Positions 48,824 to 58,424 are shown, numbered from the stretch's first letter. The stretch is 64,000 bases of DNA from Candidatus Daviesbacteria bacterium (GCA_016176335.1 JACOXI010000006.1:12788-76787); one strand, 5' to 3'. Notes: a model not told the origin generated them from the sequence alone. Translations and numbers: made by a program.

Positions 48824-50434
48824 CTATTTACTGGCTTCCACAAGTCCCTGTTGTGCCAGTTGATTTTGGGGATCAATTTTTAGGATTTCCTCAAAGATTT
48901 GTTTGGCAGACTGCTTATCACCCTTTGCCAAAAAGATTACTGCCAAATTCAGCCTAAGATTTAAATTTTTGGGGTTAATGGTGATGGCTTTTTGCATATA
49001 GTTTAGGGCGCTGTCGTATTGTTTTTCCTGAAAATAAATTGCCGCCATATTTTGATAAGACTGCCAAAGTATGGGGCTTAAGCTGGCAGCTTTCTGGTAA
49101 TACTCTAATGCTTTATCCAGCTGACCCAATTCCCTGTACACATTTCCGGCATTATGATATGCATCCGCATAATCGGGTTTTAGAGAAATCGCAGTCTTAA
49201 ACTCTTGCAGAGAACGCTCCTTGTTACCCCATCTGCCGTAAACATCCCCCAAATTATTGTGAGTATTCGGAGAGGATGGTGAGGTTTTGCCTGTGGCAAT
49301 CCATAAATTATCCTCATTTTTCCATTCTATATTTCTGATAATTGCTCTTGCGGACAAGGAAATTAAAATAATTGCGAAAATAGAATAGATGACATTTTTA
49401 TATTTTCCAATTGAGGCAATCTTATCCAAAATGAAGCCGGTTAAGGCAAAAATTCCCAAGCTTGGCAGATACAGATATCTTTCCGCAACGATCCAATTGA
49501 ATCTAAAGGGGGTGAGGGTGGGGGAAAGAGAGATCAAGAAAAAGGACAGCCAGAAAAAAACGGACTTGTTTTTTTTGAGTCCATACAAAATCAGCCCAAA
49601 AAAGACCATGGTAAAAACAGCTCTTAATGCAAAAGAGATTTGGCTGAATGACAGCTCGGAATGATAAAGAGTTAAAGTTTTGGGAAAGAACAGAAGTTCA
49701 AAATAAGATGATATGGCAACGGGAATTTGTATCAGAGGATTATCAATACCTTTTTGTTGGTAGTGTACTTGTTGCAAAGTTTCTTCTCTTTGGGGAAGAG
49801 CGGCTAAGTTTATCAAGAGGTAAGTTAGGGATAATAAGAAAAAAGGCAGGGTCCTAACCCAGTTTTTTTTAAAATTTCCAAAACAAAACTCATAAAGGGG
49901 AAAAACCACAAAAAGCCCAATAGGCATGACAGGATGTGACATCAGAGAAAACAGGTAAAAAACCACAGCAGAAAAGTACCGCTTTCGGCTTTTTTGGGAA
50001 ATAATATAAAGCATAAATGATAGGAGGAAGAAAAAAGTATATTGGGTATATATGCCTCCTGATATCCAAACAAAAGCTTCGGCAATTGCCGGGTGCACTG
50101 CAAAAAGACTGGCTGCAAAAAAAGCCAGCCGCCTTGATCTGTATATGTTTGAAAGTATTTGATAGATTAGGATGGTAGAACCCAAATGGAAAAATATATT
50201 GATGATTCTGAAAGCAAGAGGTGTTAATCCCGCAATATGGTAGGTAGTCCAATAAATAAGATGCCTGATGATGCCCAGAGAATAAGTATGGATAATGTAT
50301 CCTAAATCTCCAATGGTTGTTTTTTGGGCAATTTCCGCAATGTCGTCTGAAACAAAGGCATTACCCAAAGAATTTACAAAGGTAAAACTTACCAGTAGAG
50401 TTAACGTTACAAGAATTACTTTTTTTCCACTCAT
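48824..50434 (-). CDS. TMTC-like GT-C O-glycosyltransferase with TPR repeats
   Basis: FVSDD, FAVHP..AE...WISG, AERYLYLP, RN..W, C-terminal TPRs. Confidence 0.85.
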   Translation of the reverse strand: MSGKKVILVTLTLLVSFTFVNSLGNAFVSDDIAEIAQKTTIGDLGYIIHTYSLGIIRHLIYWTTYHIAGLTPLAFRIINIFFHLGSTILIYQILSNIYRSRRLAFFAASLFAVHPAIAEAFVWISGGIYTQYTFFFLLSFMLYIISQKSRKRYFSAVVFYLFSLMSHPVMPIGLFVVFPLYEFCFGNFKKNWVRTLPFFLLSLTYLLINLAALPQREETLQQVHYQQKGIDNPLIQIPVAISSYFELLFFPKTLTLYHSELSFSQISFALRAVFTMVFFGLILYGLKKNKSVFFWLSFFLISLSPTLTPFRFNWIVAERYLYLPSLGIFALTGFILDKIASIGKYKNVIYSIFAIILISLSARAIIRNIEWKNEDNLWIATGKTSPSSPNTHNNLGDVYGRWGNKERSLQEFKTAISLKPDYADAYHNAGNVYRELGQLDKALEYYQKAASLSPILWQSYQNMAAIYFQEKQYDSALNYMQKAITINPKNLNLRLNLAVIFLAKGDKQSAKQIFEEILKIDPQNQLAQQGLVEASK

Positions 50435-50462
50435 CTATTAATAGTAACATTGTAAGGAAATT

Positions 50463-51071
50463 TTATCTGGGGATAGACAAAACCATGCCAGGTTCTATAA
50501 GATCGGGGTTTTGTATATTGTTTGCTTTGGCAATTCGCTCGTAGGCATAGATATCCCCATAGGCTCTACCTGCTATTTTGGACAACCAATCACCCCAAAC
50601 AACAGTGTAAGAATCACCTGTGATTTTTTCTCCCCACAGGTTTTCTGTCTGATCCAAAGTACTCGCGACACTTTCCAGTTTTGGCATCTTTAGAACTTGA
50701 CCTGTTTCAATCTGATCCGGATTGGTTAAATTATTCGCCTGGGCCACTTCTACATATTTGTAACCATCGCCATAGTATTTTTCGGAAATTGTAAAAAGAG
50801 TATCATCCTGTTTGACAGTGTAATTGCCCGGTAAACTTTGTGGAGAAACATCTTCTTGAACTTCTTTTTGTTGTGCAGGGCCCAGATCCGCTTTACCTCT
50901 ATTAAAGAAATTAAATACCAAAATTCCCACCACCAGGATAATTAAGGCCCCCAAAATCATACTTAATTTGGACTGGTTAGACTGCACCTTACTTTCCAGT
51001 CTATCCACATAGTTTGCATAAACTGGGGAATCTGTTGTTGTTTTTTTGTTTGAGATTTTTCTTCTTGCCAT
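50463..51071 (-). CDS. Membrane-anchored protein with two LysM domains
   Basis: YTVKQDDTL..I...YG...ANNL.NPD.I..GQ.L present twice; start ATG 51071. Confidence 0.9.
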   Translation of the reverse strand: MARRKISNKKTTTDSPVYANYVDRLESKVQSNQSKLSMILGALIILVVGILVFNFFNRGKADLGPAQQKEVQEDVSPQSLPGNYTVKQDDTLFTISEKYYGDGYKYVEVAQANNLTNPDQIETGQVLKMPKLESVASTLDQTENLWGEKITGDSYTVVWGDWLSKIAGRAYGDIYAYERIAKANNIQNPDLIEPGMVLSIPR

Positions 51072-51185
51072 TTTAATAAATGGGGCAGCCCGCGATCTTG
51101 CGGGGGAACAGTAGTAATCCCTTTTTAAACTTATCCTTAGCAATTGTCAAGAGGGTATTTAGTTTGTTACAATACAAAGCAGTCT

Positions 51186-51261
51186 GGGACCGTAGTGAAC
51201 CGGTCATCACGTCTCCCTGTCACGGAGAAGATAGCGGGTTCGATTCCCGTCGGTCCCGCCA
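51186..51261 (+). tRNA. tRNA-Asp(GTC)
   Basis: GGGACCG/CGGTCCC, TCTCC-CTGTCAC-GGAGA, GGTTCGATTCC, CCA. Confidence 0.95.
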
Positions 51262-51266
51262 AATCA

Positions 51267-53027
51267 ATGGAAATTTCCAATGCTAAACTTGCTAAAATCT
51301 TAAGGAATACAGCTGCTGCATATACCATTAAGGGAACTGGAAATCTTTTTCAAATCCGTGCCTATGAAAACGCAGCAGACAACATTGAGCATTCTACAGC
51401 AGAAATCCAAGATTTTTGGCAGGAAGGAAAACTGAATCAGGTTTCTGGTTTAGGGGAAAGTTTGAGAGGTTATCTTGATGAATTATTTAGCAAAGGGGAG
51501 GTTAGGCATTTTGAGGAAGTAAAAAAGGGAATTCCAAAGATATTTTTTGATCTTTTAGATATTCCAGGTGTTGGCCCCAAGACTGCAGACAAAATCGCCA
51601 AAATGGGGGTTTCTTCAGTGGAACAACTGAAAAAACAGCTCAAAGATGGGGAATTAGTTAAGATGGGGTTGTCTGACAAACTGGCCCAAAAAATTTTACA
51701 GGGTTTGCAGGAGGTGAGTCAGCGAGGAAATAGAATGCTTCTGCCTTATGCTTTTGCCCAGGCTGAAAAAATATTAAATTATCTGCAAAAATGTCCAGAT
51801 GTTCTGCAGGTTCACCCTTTAGGTTCTTTGCGAAGAATGGTGGCCACTATCGGTGATTTGGATTTTTCTGCAAGCTCAAACAGTCCCAAAAAGGTGACAG
51901 AGCATTTCTGCAGAATGCCGGGGATAGCCAGAATTATTGATCAGGGTGAAAATCAGGCTACGGTGGTACTCAAAAACGGTTTACAAGCGGATCTGTTGGT
52001 AGGCAAGACGGATGCTTACGGAGCATTGCTGCAGCATTTTACAGGCTCAAAATCTCATAATATTAAACTTAGAATACTTGCTAACGGGAAAGGATACTCT
52101 TTATCGGAATTCGGGGTGAAGAAAGTGAGTAGGGGACAGGTTACAGGATACAGTCAAAAAACAGAGACAGAAGAGGAATTCTACAGGCTTTTGGGAATGG
52201 ATGCTCCACCACCTGAAATAAGAGAAGATACTGGGGAAATAGAGGCTGCTCTAGAGCACAAATTGCCAGATTTGGTGGAACTTTACGATATAAAAGGGGA
52301 TTTACACCTGCATTCAAATTTTCCCATAAAAAGTCCTTCTCACGCACCGGGCGTAGATTCAATGGAGGATATGGTTAAGAAAGCAAAGGAGTTAGGATAT
52401 AGGTGGGTGGGTATTTCCGATCACCCGCTTGGATTTACCACCAGTACCCCAAAAGAGATGATTAAATGGGTTCAAATGAGGACAAAATTTATTCAAAATA
52501 TGCAATCGAGAACAAAAAGTATTCGAGTATTAAATGGACTCGAAATAGATATACTCGGGAATGGAACTTTGAGTGTACCCGATGAGGCTTTGGCCACTTT
52601 AGATTACTGTATAGCTGGTATTCACTCCGGTCACAGAGGTTCGAAGGACGAGATAACCAAGAGGTTGCTTTCGGCCCTAAACAGTCCACATGTAGATATA
52701 ATTTCCCACCCGACAAACAGATTGCTGAACGAAAGAGACTCGTCTGATGCTTTGTGGGATGAGGTTTTCAAGCTGGCAGCTAAAAATAAGAAGTTACTGG
52801 AGATTAATTCGCATCCCATGAGACTTGATTTAAGAGATGATTTGGTGAGAATGGCTAAAAAGTATGGAGTAAAATTTATTATCAATACTGATGCTCATAT
52901 GGTTTCGCAGATGGATAATATGCTGTTTGGAGTATCTGTTGCAAGACGAGGCTGGGCTGAAAGTAAGGATATTGTTAATACTTGGGACTGGACAGACTTT
53001 GCTAAATGGTTTAATATTAAGTCGTGA
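51267..53027 (+). CDS. polX: DNA polymerase X with PHP domain
   Basis: GVGPKTA, GSLRR..GDLD, HFTGSK.HN, GDLHLHS, NTDAH; start ATG 51267. Confidence 0.93.
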   Translation: MEISNAKLAKILRNTAAAYTIKGTGNLFQIRAYENAADNIEHSTAEIQDFWQEGKLNQVSGLGESLRGYLDELFSKGEVRHFEEVKKGIPKIFFDLLDIPGVGPKTADKIAKMGVSSVEQLKKQLKDGELVKMGLSDKLAQKILQGLQEVSQRGNRMLLPYAFAQAEKILNYLQKCPDVLQVHPLGSLRRMVATIGDLDFSASSNSPKKVTEHFCRMPGIARIIDQGENQATVVLKNGLQADLLVGKTDAYGALLQHFTGSKSHNIKLRILANGKGYSLSEFGVKKVSRGQVTGYSQKTETEEEFYRLLGMDAPPPEIREDTGEIEAALEHKLPDLVELYDIKGDLHLHSNFPIKSPSHAPGVDSMEDMVKKAKELGYRWVGISDHPLGFTTSTPKEMIKWVQMRTKFIQNMQSRTKSIRVLNGLEIDILGNGTLSVPDEALATLDYCIAGIHSGHRGSKDEITKRLLSALNSPHVDIISHPTNRLLNERDSSDALWDEVFKLAAKNKKLLEINSHPMRLDLRDDLVRMAKKYGVKFIINTDAHMVSQMDNMLFGVSVARRGWAESKDIVNTWDWTDFAKWFNIKS

Positions 53028-53093
53028 TATATGAGCAATGATTTAAGAATAATGATTGTAAATTCATAAATCATACTTCATAAATCGTAAATC

Positions 53094-53642
53094 ATGATTG
53101 GATACATTATTCTTGGTGTTTTAGTAATAGCAGTTTTATGGTTACTGGCCACTTACAATAGTTTGGTAACGCTTCGCAATCGGGTTAGGGAAGCATGGTC
53201 TCAAATTGATGTTCAGCTAAAAAGAAGATCCTCATTAATTCCTAATCTGGTGGAAGCGGTCAAAGGTTATGCCAAGCACGAAAAGGGGGTGCTGGAGGAA
53301 GTCACAAAAGCAAGGACAGCTTTGATGTCCGCCAAAAACCCACGTCAAGCAGCAGATGCGGATAATATGCTCACAGGGGCCCTCAAATCCTTATTTGCCG
53401 TGGCTGAAAACTACCCTAATCTTAAAGCTTCGGATAATTTTAAACAACTGCAGGAAGAGCTTTCGGATACGGAAACAAAAGTAGCTGCTTCCAGACAGTT
53501 TTACAACACCAATGTGTTGGATTTAAATAATTCCCTGGAACAAGTTCCTTCAGCTTGGATAGGTTCTATGTTTGGATTTACAAAAGAAGATTTCTTTAAA
53601 GCAACTGATGAAGAGAAAGCTGATATCTCCGTAAAATTTTAG
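53094..53642 (+). CDS. lemA: LemA family protein
   Basis: [30 protein letters not shown]. Confidence 0.95.
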   Translation: MIGYIILGVLVIAVLWLLATYNSLVTLRNRVREAWSQIDVQLKRRSSLIPNLVEAVKGYAKHEKGVLEEVTKARTALMSAKNPRQAADADNMLTGALKSLFAVAENYPNLKASDNFKQLQEELSDTETKVAASRQFYNTNVLDLNNSLEQVPSAWIGSMFGFTKEDFFKATDEEKADISVKF

Positions 53643-53669
53643 CTCCACTTGTAGTATAATCTTCTAACT

Positions 53670-54599
53670 ATGGCAGCTGTTAATACTGCTTGGGATCATA
53701 AGAACTCAAATACTTTTAAAACATGGCTGATCATGTTTTTATTTTCTCTTTTTACGGTAGCAGTAATTTATGTGATAGCCCAAGGATTTGGGTATGGTGA
53801 GGTAGGAGGATTGGGGATTGTGGGATTTGCCCTGATTATGGCAGGGATTATGAATTTTGTTTCTTATTACTGGTCTGACAAGATAGTACTCGGGGTGTCA
53901 GGTGCAAAGCCAATAAAAAAAGAAGATAACCCAGAGGTTTATAGAATAGTTGAAAATTTGTGTATCGCTGCAGGTTTACCAACTCCTAAAATTTATATTA
54001 TTGATGACACTGCCACCAATGCCTTTGCCACAGGCAGGGATCCAAAACATGCTGCCATTGCATATACCAAAGGAATTTTACAAAAACTTAATAAACAAGA
54101 ACTAGAGGGAGTAACTGCACACGAACTTTCTCATGTGGGTAACAGGGATACTTTGGTGATGGCTGTTGTTTCCATCTTGGTTGGGACAATTGCCCTGCTT
54201 TCGGATTTTTTTATGAGGAGTATGTGGTATGGAGGAAGAGGCAGTGATAGGGATAGTAGGGGAAATCAGTTATTTGTCATTTTGGCCATAGTTGCTGCCA
54301 TTTTAGCCCCGATTGTGGCCACTTTAATACAGCTGGCCGTTTCCCGCCGCAGAGAATTTTTGGCAGATGCATCAGGAGTGCTTTTAACCCGTTATCCGCA
54401 AGGGTTAGCATCAGCCCTACAGAAAATTTCCTCTGATAAAGAACCCTTGGAAGTTGCTAACAGAGGGACTGCTCATCTTTATATTGTTAACCCTTTCAAA
54501 GGTGTTGATGCAAAGCAATGGTTAGCAGGGCTTTTTAATACCCACCCACCTATTGAGGCCAGAATCCGGGCGCTGCGCGAAATGGAAGGCAAAGTTTAG
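53670..54599 (+). CDS. htpX: HtpX-like M48 zinc metalloprotease
   Basis: NAFATG, HELSH, SRRREFLAD, THPP. Confidence 0.93.
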   Translation: MAAVNTAWDHKNSNTFKTWLIMFLFSLFTVAVIYVIAQGFGYGEVGGLGIVGFALIMAGIMNFVSYYWSDKIVLGVSGAKPIKKEDNPEVYRIVENLCIAAGLPTPKIYIIDDTATNAFATGRDPKHAAIAYTKGILQKLNKQELEGVTAHELSHVGNRDTLVMAVVSILVGTIALLSDFFMRSMWYGGRGSDRDSRGNQLFVILAIVAAILAPIVATLIQLAVSRRREFLADASGVLLTRYPQGLASALQKISSDKEPLEVANRGTAHLYIVNPFKGVDAKQWLAGLFNTHPPIEARIRALREMEGKV

Positions 54600-54614
54600 T
54601 ATAATCCAATTATA

Positions 54615-55181
54615 GTGCAATTAACCAAAGATAAAATAAAACATGTGGCAAAAAATGAGTTTAGTTTAAATTTAAAAGGTAAAACTGCAGTTTTTATTGA
54701 TGCTGCCAATATTGAACTTTCAGCAAAAGATCTTAGATTTAGAGTAGATTACCAAAAACTATATCATTGGTTAAAAAGTGAAGTTCAATTGTCTTCGATA
54801 GGATTTTATTCAGTCCGTTTTGATACAAAAGAGCATGATGGTTTCTTAACATTTCTTAAGCGCACCGGTTATAAGCTGGTAACCAAGCCGCTTAAGCTTA
54901 TAAAAAACAGGAAGGAAGGAGGACATCTACGAAAAGCCAATTTTGATGTAGAAATTGCTGTGGATGTGACAAAAAGATTAGACACATTTAATAATTGTAT
55001 CCTTTTTTCCGGAGATAGCGATTTCCATTATCTTATTAGAGAACTAAAAAGAAACGGGAAAATTGTAGTTGTTGCTTCGCTTAAATATCATGTTGCCAAG
55101 GAACTTGTTGAGAGTGCAGATTTTTATTTGGATTTACGTAAAATTAGGAGTAGAATCCAGAGAAGTGAAAGGAAGCCATAA
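54615..55181 (+). CDS. NYN (LabA/DUF88, PIN-fold) ribonuclease with a gatC-like N-terminus
   Basis: FIDAAN, KANFDVEIAVD, FSGDSDF, L...AD.Y; first 13 codons match the gatC start. Confidence 0.88.
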   Translation: MQLTKDKIKHVAKNEFSLNLKGKTAVFIDAANIELSAKDLRFRVDYQKLYHWLKSEVQLSSIGFYSVRFDTKEHDGFLTFLKRTGYKLVTKPLKLIKNRKEGGHLRKANFDVEIAVDVTKRLDTFNNCILFSGDSDFHYLIRELKRNGKIVVVASLKYHVAKELVESADFYLDLRKIRSRIQRSERKP

Positions 55182-55205
55182 AAAAGCCCGTCTTTTACAA
55201 CGGGC
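55180..55205 (-). terminator. Intrinsic terminator, minus-strand polarity
   Basis: GCCCGT/ACGGGC stem followed by TTTTTT on the minus strand only. Confidence 0.7.
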
Positions 55206-55234
55206 GGTTGATAACAATCTGTTACCAGACTGCC
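55180..55234 (-). ncRNA. Putative ~55-nt small RNA convergent on the NYN gene
   Basis: Minus-strand TTGACA-17-TATTAT promoter (55268-55240), hairpin GGTAACA-GAT-TGTTATC, terminator GCCCGT-N8-ACGGGC-T6. Confidence 0.55.
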
Positions 55235-55273
55235 ATTTAATAATAAAGGATTGGATTTAAAATGTCAATAATA

Positions 55274-55624
55274 ATGAAATTAACCAAAGATAAAGTCCGC
55301 CTAGGGCAAGATAAAGTAAAACATGTGGCAAAGTTGGCAAATTTGCCGCTATCTTCCGAGGAAGAAGAGAAATATCCCGAACAGCTTTCAAAAATCCTTG
55401 AATATGTAGAACAACTAAATAAGGTTGATACATCCAATGTTGAACCAACATTTAATGTTTCAGGGCAGTCAAATGTGGTCAGAGTTGATAAGGTGGGGGA
55501 ATGTTTAAATCAGGAGGAAGCTTTATCTAATGCCCCCAAAAAAGAAAATGCCCGCCTGCAAACGCCTGAGCGTAGCGATGGCGGGCAGGGATTTTTTGTA
55601 ACAAAAGGAGTATTTGCAGAATAA
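55274..55624 (+). CDS. gatC: Asp/Glu-tRNA amidotransferase subunit C (two in-frame insertions)
   Basis: VKHVAKLANL, IL.YVEQL..VDT.NVEP, ALSNAP. Confidence 0.93.
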   Translation: MKLTKDKVRLGQDKVKHVAKLANLPLSSEEEEKYPEQLSKILEYVEQLNKVDTSNVEPTFNVSGQSNVVRVDKVGECLNQEEALSNAPKKENARLQTPERSDGGQGFFVTKGVFAE

Positions 55625-57023
55625 TTTAAAAATCAAAATGCAAAAATCAAAATTACAAATCAAAAATCAAAATTTAACAGAATTAACTTTAACAGAAACT
55701 TTAAGAGCTCTAGAAGAAAAGCAATTTTCGCTGGAGGAATTGAATAAAAATTATCTGGAAAGGATTGAAAAATATAATCCGCAGCTTAATGCCTATCTTC
55801 ATATAAACCAAGACAATAAAAAAATCCCTGCTGCTATAAAAGATGTTATATCTACAAGAGGAGTTCCTACAACTGCTTCATCAAAAGTTTTGCAAGGATA
55901 TATCCCCCCGTATGATTCAACGGTAATAAATCGTTTATTGGAAAATGGTATATCGATTATCGGAAAGACAAACTGTGATGAGTTTGCCATGGGTGGATCT
56001 GGGGAAAATTCAGCATATGGCCCGACAAAAAACCCTTGGGATATAAACAAAGTTTCAGGTGGTTCTTCTTCCGGCTCGGCAGTTGCTGTTGCAGCAGACC
56101 TTTGTGTTTTTGCACTGGGTTCTGACACAGGCGGCTCTGTCAGACAGCCAGCATCTTTTACAGGGATTGTTGGATTAAAACCTTCCTATGGTCGTGTTTC
56201 AAGGTATGGGCTAATTGCCATGGCCTCTTCTTTAGACCAAATCGGTCCTATGACCAAATCAGTTGAGGATGCGGCTTTGGTTTTAGATTGGATTTCAGGA
56301 GAAGACGGATATGATTCAAATTGTATAAATTCCAAATTCCAAATAACAAATAACAAATTGCAACAAGGTGTAAAAGGACTAACAATAGGAATGCCGAAGG
56401 AATATTTTGGAGTGGGATTAGATCCCAAAGTGGAAAAAGTTATTAAAGATGCCATAAAAAAGCTGGAGGAGTTAGGGGGGGAAACTATAGAAATAAGTTT
56501 GCCTCATAGCCAGTATGCATTAGCCGCCTATTATGTCATTGTTCCATCTGAAGTTTCATCTAACATGGCCCGCTACGATGGCATCAGATTTGGTAAGGAC
56601 AGAGAAAGTATAGGTCAGGAGGTTAAAAGGAGAATAATGCTAGGGACTTATTCCTTATCTTCGGGTTATTGGGAAGATTATTATGCCAAAGCTGCAAAGG
56701 TAAGGGCTTTAATAAAACAGGATTTTGAAAAAGCATTTGCTAACGTGGATATTATAGTAGGTCCGGTCTCCCCCACCGTAGCATGGAATTTGGGAGAAAA
56801 AATGGATGATCCGTTGACTATGTATTTATCTGATATCTATACAATTTCTGCCAATTTAGCAGGAATACCGGGATTATCTGTCCCTTGTGGATCTTCTGAC
56901 GGTCTTCCGGTAGGTCTTCAGATTTTAGGTAAGCAGTGGGATGAAGAAACTATTTTAAGGGTGGGATATGCATATGAACAAGTAACGGGTTGGCATAACA
57001 AGAAACCTAAATTAGATTTATGA
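55614..57023 (+). CDS. gatA: Amidotransferase subunit A
   Basis: IKD, GKTNCDEFAMG, GGSSSGSA, GSDTGGSVRQPA; start uncertain because of an N-terminal repeat tract. Confidence 0.95.
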   Translation: MQNNLKIKMQKSKLQIKNQNLTELTLTETLRALEEKQFSLEELNKNYLERIEKYNPQLNAYLHINQDNKKIPAAIKDVISTRGVPTTASSKVLQGYIPPYDSTVINRLLENGISIIGKTNCDEFAMGGSGENSAYGPTKNPWDINKVSGGSSSGSAVAVAADLCVFALGSDTGGSVRQPASFTGIVGLKPSYGRVSRYGLIAMASSLDQIGPMTKSVEDAALVLDWISGEDGYDSNCINSKFQITNNKLQQGVKGLTIGMPKEYFGVGLDPKVEKVIKDAIKKLEELGGETIEISLPHSQYALAAYYVIVPSEVSSNMARYDGIRFGKDRESIGQEVKRRIMLGTYSLSSGYWEDYYAKAAKVRALIKQDFEKAFANVDIIVGPVSPTVAWNLGEKMDDPLTMYLSDIYTISANLAGIPGLSVPCGSSDGLPVGLQILGKQWDEETILRVGYAYEQVTGWHNKKPKLDL

Positions 57024-57052
57024 TTTAAGATTTAAGATTTAGGATTTAAGAA
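57013..57052. repeat. Heptamer tandem repeat (GATTTAN)
   Basis: agatttatgatttaagatttaagatttaggatttaagaat. Confidence 0.85.
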
Positions 57053-57053
57053 T

Positions 57054-58424
57054 ATGAATAAATATCAACCAGTCATAGGTCTAGAAGTACACGTAGAACT
57101 TAATACTAAAAGTAAGATGTTTTGCAGATGTTCTGCGGATTATTTTGGCAAAGAGCCTAATACACACACATGCCCGGTATGTCTGGGGCTGCCCGGAGCT
57201 TTGCCTTATATTAATCAGCAGGCAATAGATGATTGTATAAAAATAGGCTTAGCTTTAAATTGCCAAATTGCAGAAAAATCCCTTTTTGAAAGGAAAAATT
57301 ATTTTTATCCGGATCTTCCTAAAGGTTACCAGATTTCTCAATACAGATGGCCTTTGTGCACAAATGGAAAATTGATGATTGATGATGGAAAAATAATAAG
57401 AATCAACAGAGTTCATCAGGAAGAAGATACAGGAAAGCTAACTCACACAAAGGACGGAACACTGATAGACTTTAATAGAAGTGGAGTTCCGCTTGTGGAG
57501 ATTGTGACTGAACCTGATTTTACAAATGTAGAAGAGGTTAGAGAATATGCCAAAAAACTGCAGCAGCTTTTTAGGTACTTAGATGTTTCTAATGCGGATA
57601 TGGAGCGTGGCGATATGCGACTGGAGGCCAATGTAAGCGTAAAGCGTCAAGCCGCCGAAGGCCCGTTGCTTCGCCACGAGGCGAGCGAGCCCCGCCAAAG
57701 GCGGGGGGAAAGTGAATTACCAAATTACAGAGTAGAACTGAAGAACATTAATTCATTTAGATTTATGGTGGCGGCAATTGAGCATGAAATTAAACGACAA
57801 ATTACCGAAATCGAGGCAGGCAAAAAACTGACTCAAGAAACCAGAGGGTGGAATGAAGACAAAAAGTGTACATATTTGCAAAGGAGTAAGGAAGAGGCTC
57901 ATGATTACCGCTATTTTCCCGAACCGGATCTCCCTGAATTAATTTTGAACCCCAAAAAAATCCAACAAATAAAAAGTTCATTACCGGAATTGCCTTGGGA
58001 TAAAGCTAAAAGATACCAAAATGAATTTGGAATTAAAAAAGCAGATGCGAAGATCCTTTCGGAATCCAAAGAAGTGGCGGAATTTTTTGAGGAAGCAGTT
58101 GAACATGGCAAAAAACACCAAGTCGCCCCCCAAGATATTGCAAACTATATAGTTAACCAAAAACCGGATATAACTTCTGTCTTGCCAACACAAGCAGTAG
58201 AGGAGATAAAAGGGAAAAAAGTAGGGGTGATTGAGGATTTAAAGGAATTAGAAAAGTTGGCAAAAAAGTCAATGGAAGAAAATCAGAAAGCTTTGGAAGA
58301 TTACAAAAAAGGTAAGACAGAGGCGATCCAAGTCTTAATTGGTGGGGTGATGAAAATATCCTCGGGTAAAGCTGATAGCAGAAAAGTAAAAGAGGTTTTA
58401 GAAAAACTTTTAAAGAGTAAATGA
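57054..58424 (+). CDS. gatB: Amidotransferase subunit B
   Basis: IGLEVHVEL, RKNYFYPDLPKGYQISQ, ELKNINS, DYRYFPEPDLP. Confidence 0.97.
   Translation: MNKYQPVIGLEVHVELNTKSKMFCRCSADYFGKEPNTHTCPVCLGLPGALPYINQQAIDDCIKIGLALNCQIAEKSLFERKNYFYPDLPKGYQISQYRWPLCTNGKLMIDDGKIIRINRVHQEEDTGKLTHTKDGTLIDFNRSGVPLVEIVTEPDFTNVEEVREYAKKLQQLFRYLDVSNADMERGDMRLEANVSVKRQAAEGPLLRHEASEPRQRRGESELPNYRVELKNINSFRFMVAAIEHEIKRQITEIEAGKKLTQETRGWNEDKKCTYLQRSKEEAHDYRYFPEPDLPELILNPKKIQQIKSSLPELPWDKAKRYQNEFGIKKADAKILSESKEVAEFFEEAVEHGKKHQVAPQDIANYIVNQKPDITSVLPTQAVEEIKGKKVGVIEDLKELEKLAKKSMEENQKALEDYKKGKTEAIQVLIGGVMKISSGKADSRKVKEVLEKLLKSK

Noticed and set aside
51080-51266. ORF 51080-51286 and the N-terminal extensions of polX and the LysM gene
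   Set aside because: They overlap tRNA-Asp and its promoter; better starts are at 51267 and 51071
55180-55234. Known riboswitch (e.g. preQ1) in front of gatC
   Set aside because: No matching consensus; promoter and U-tract polarity are on the minus strand
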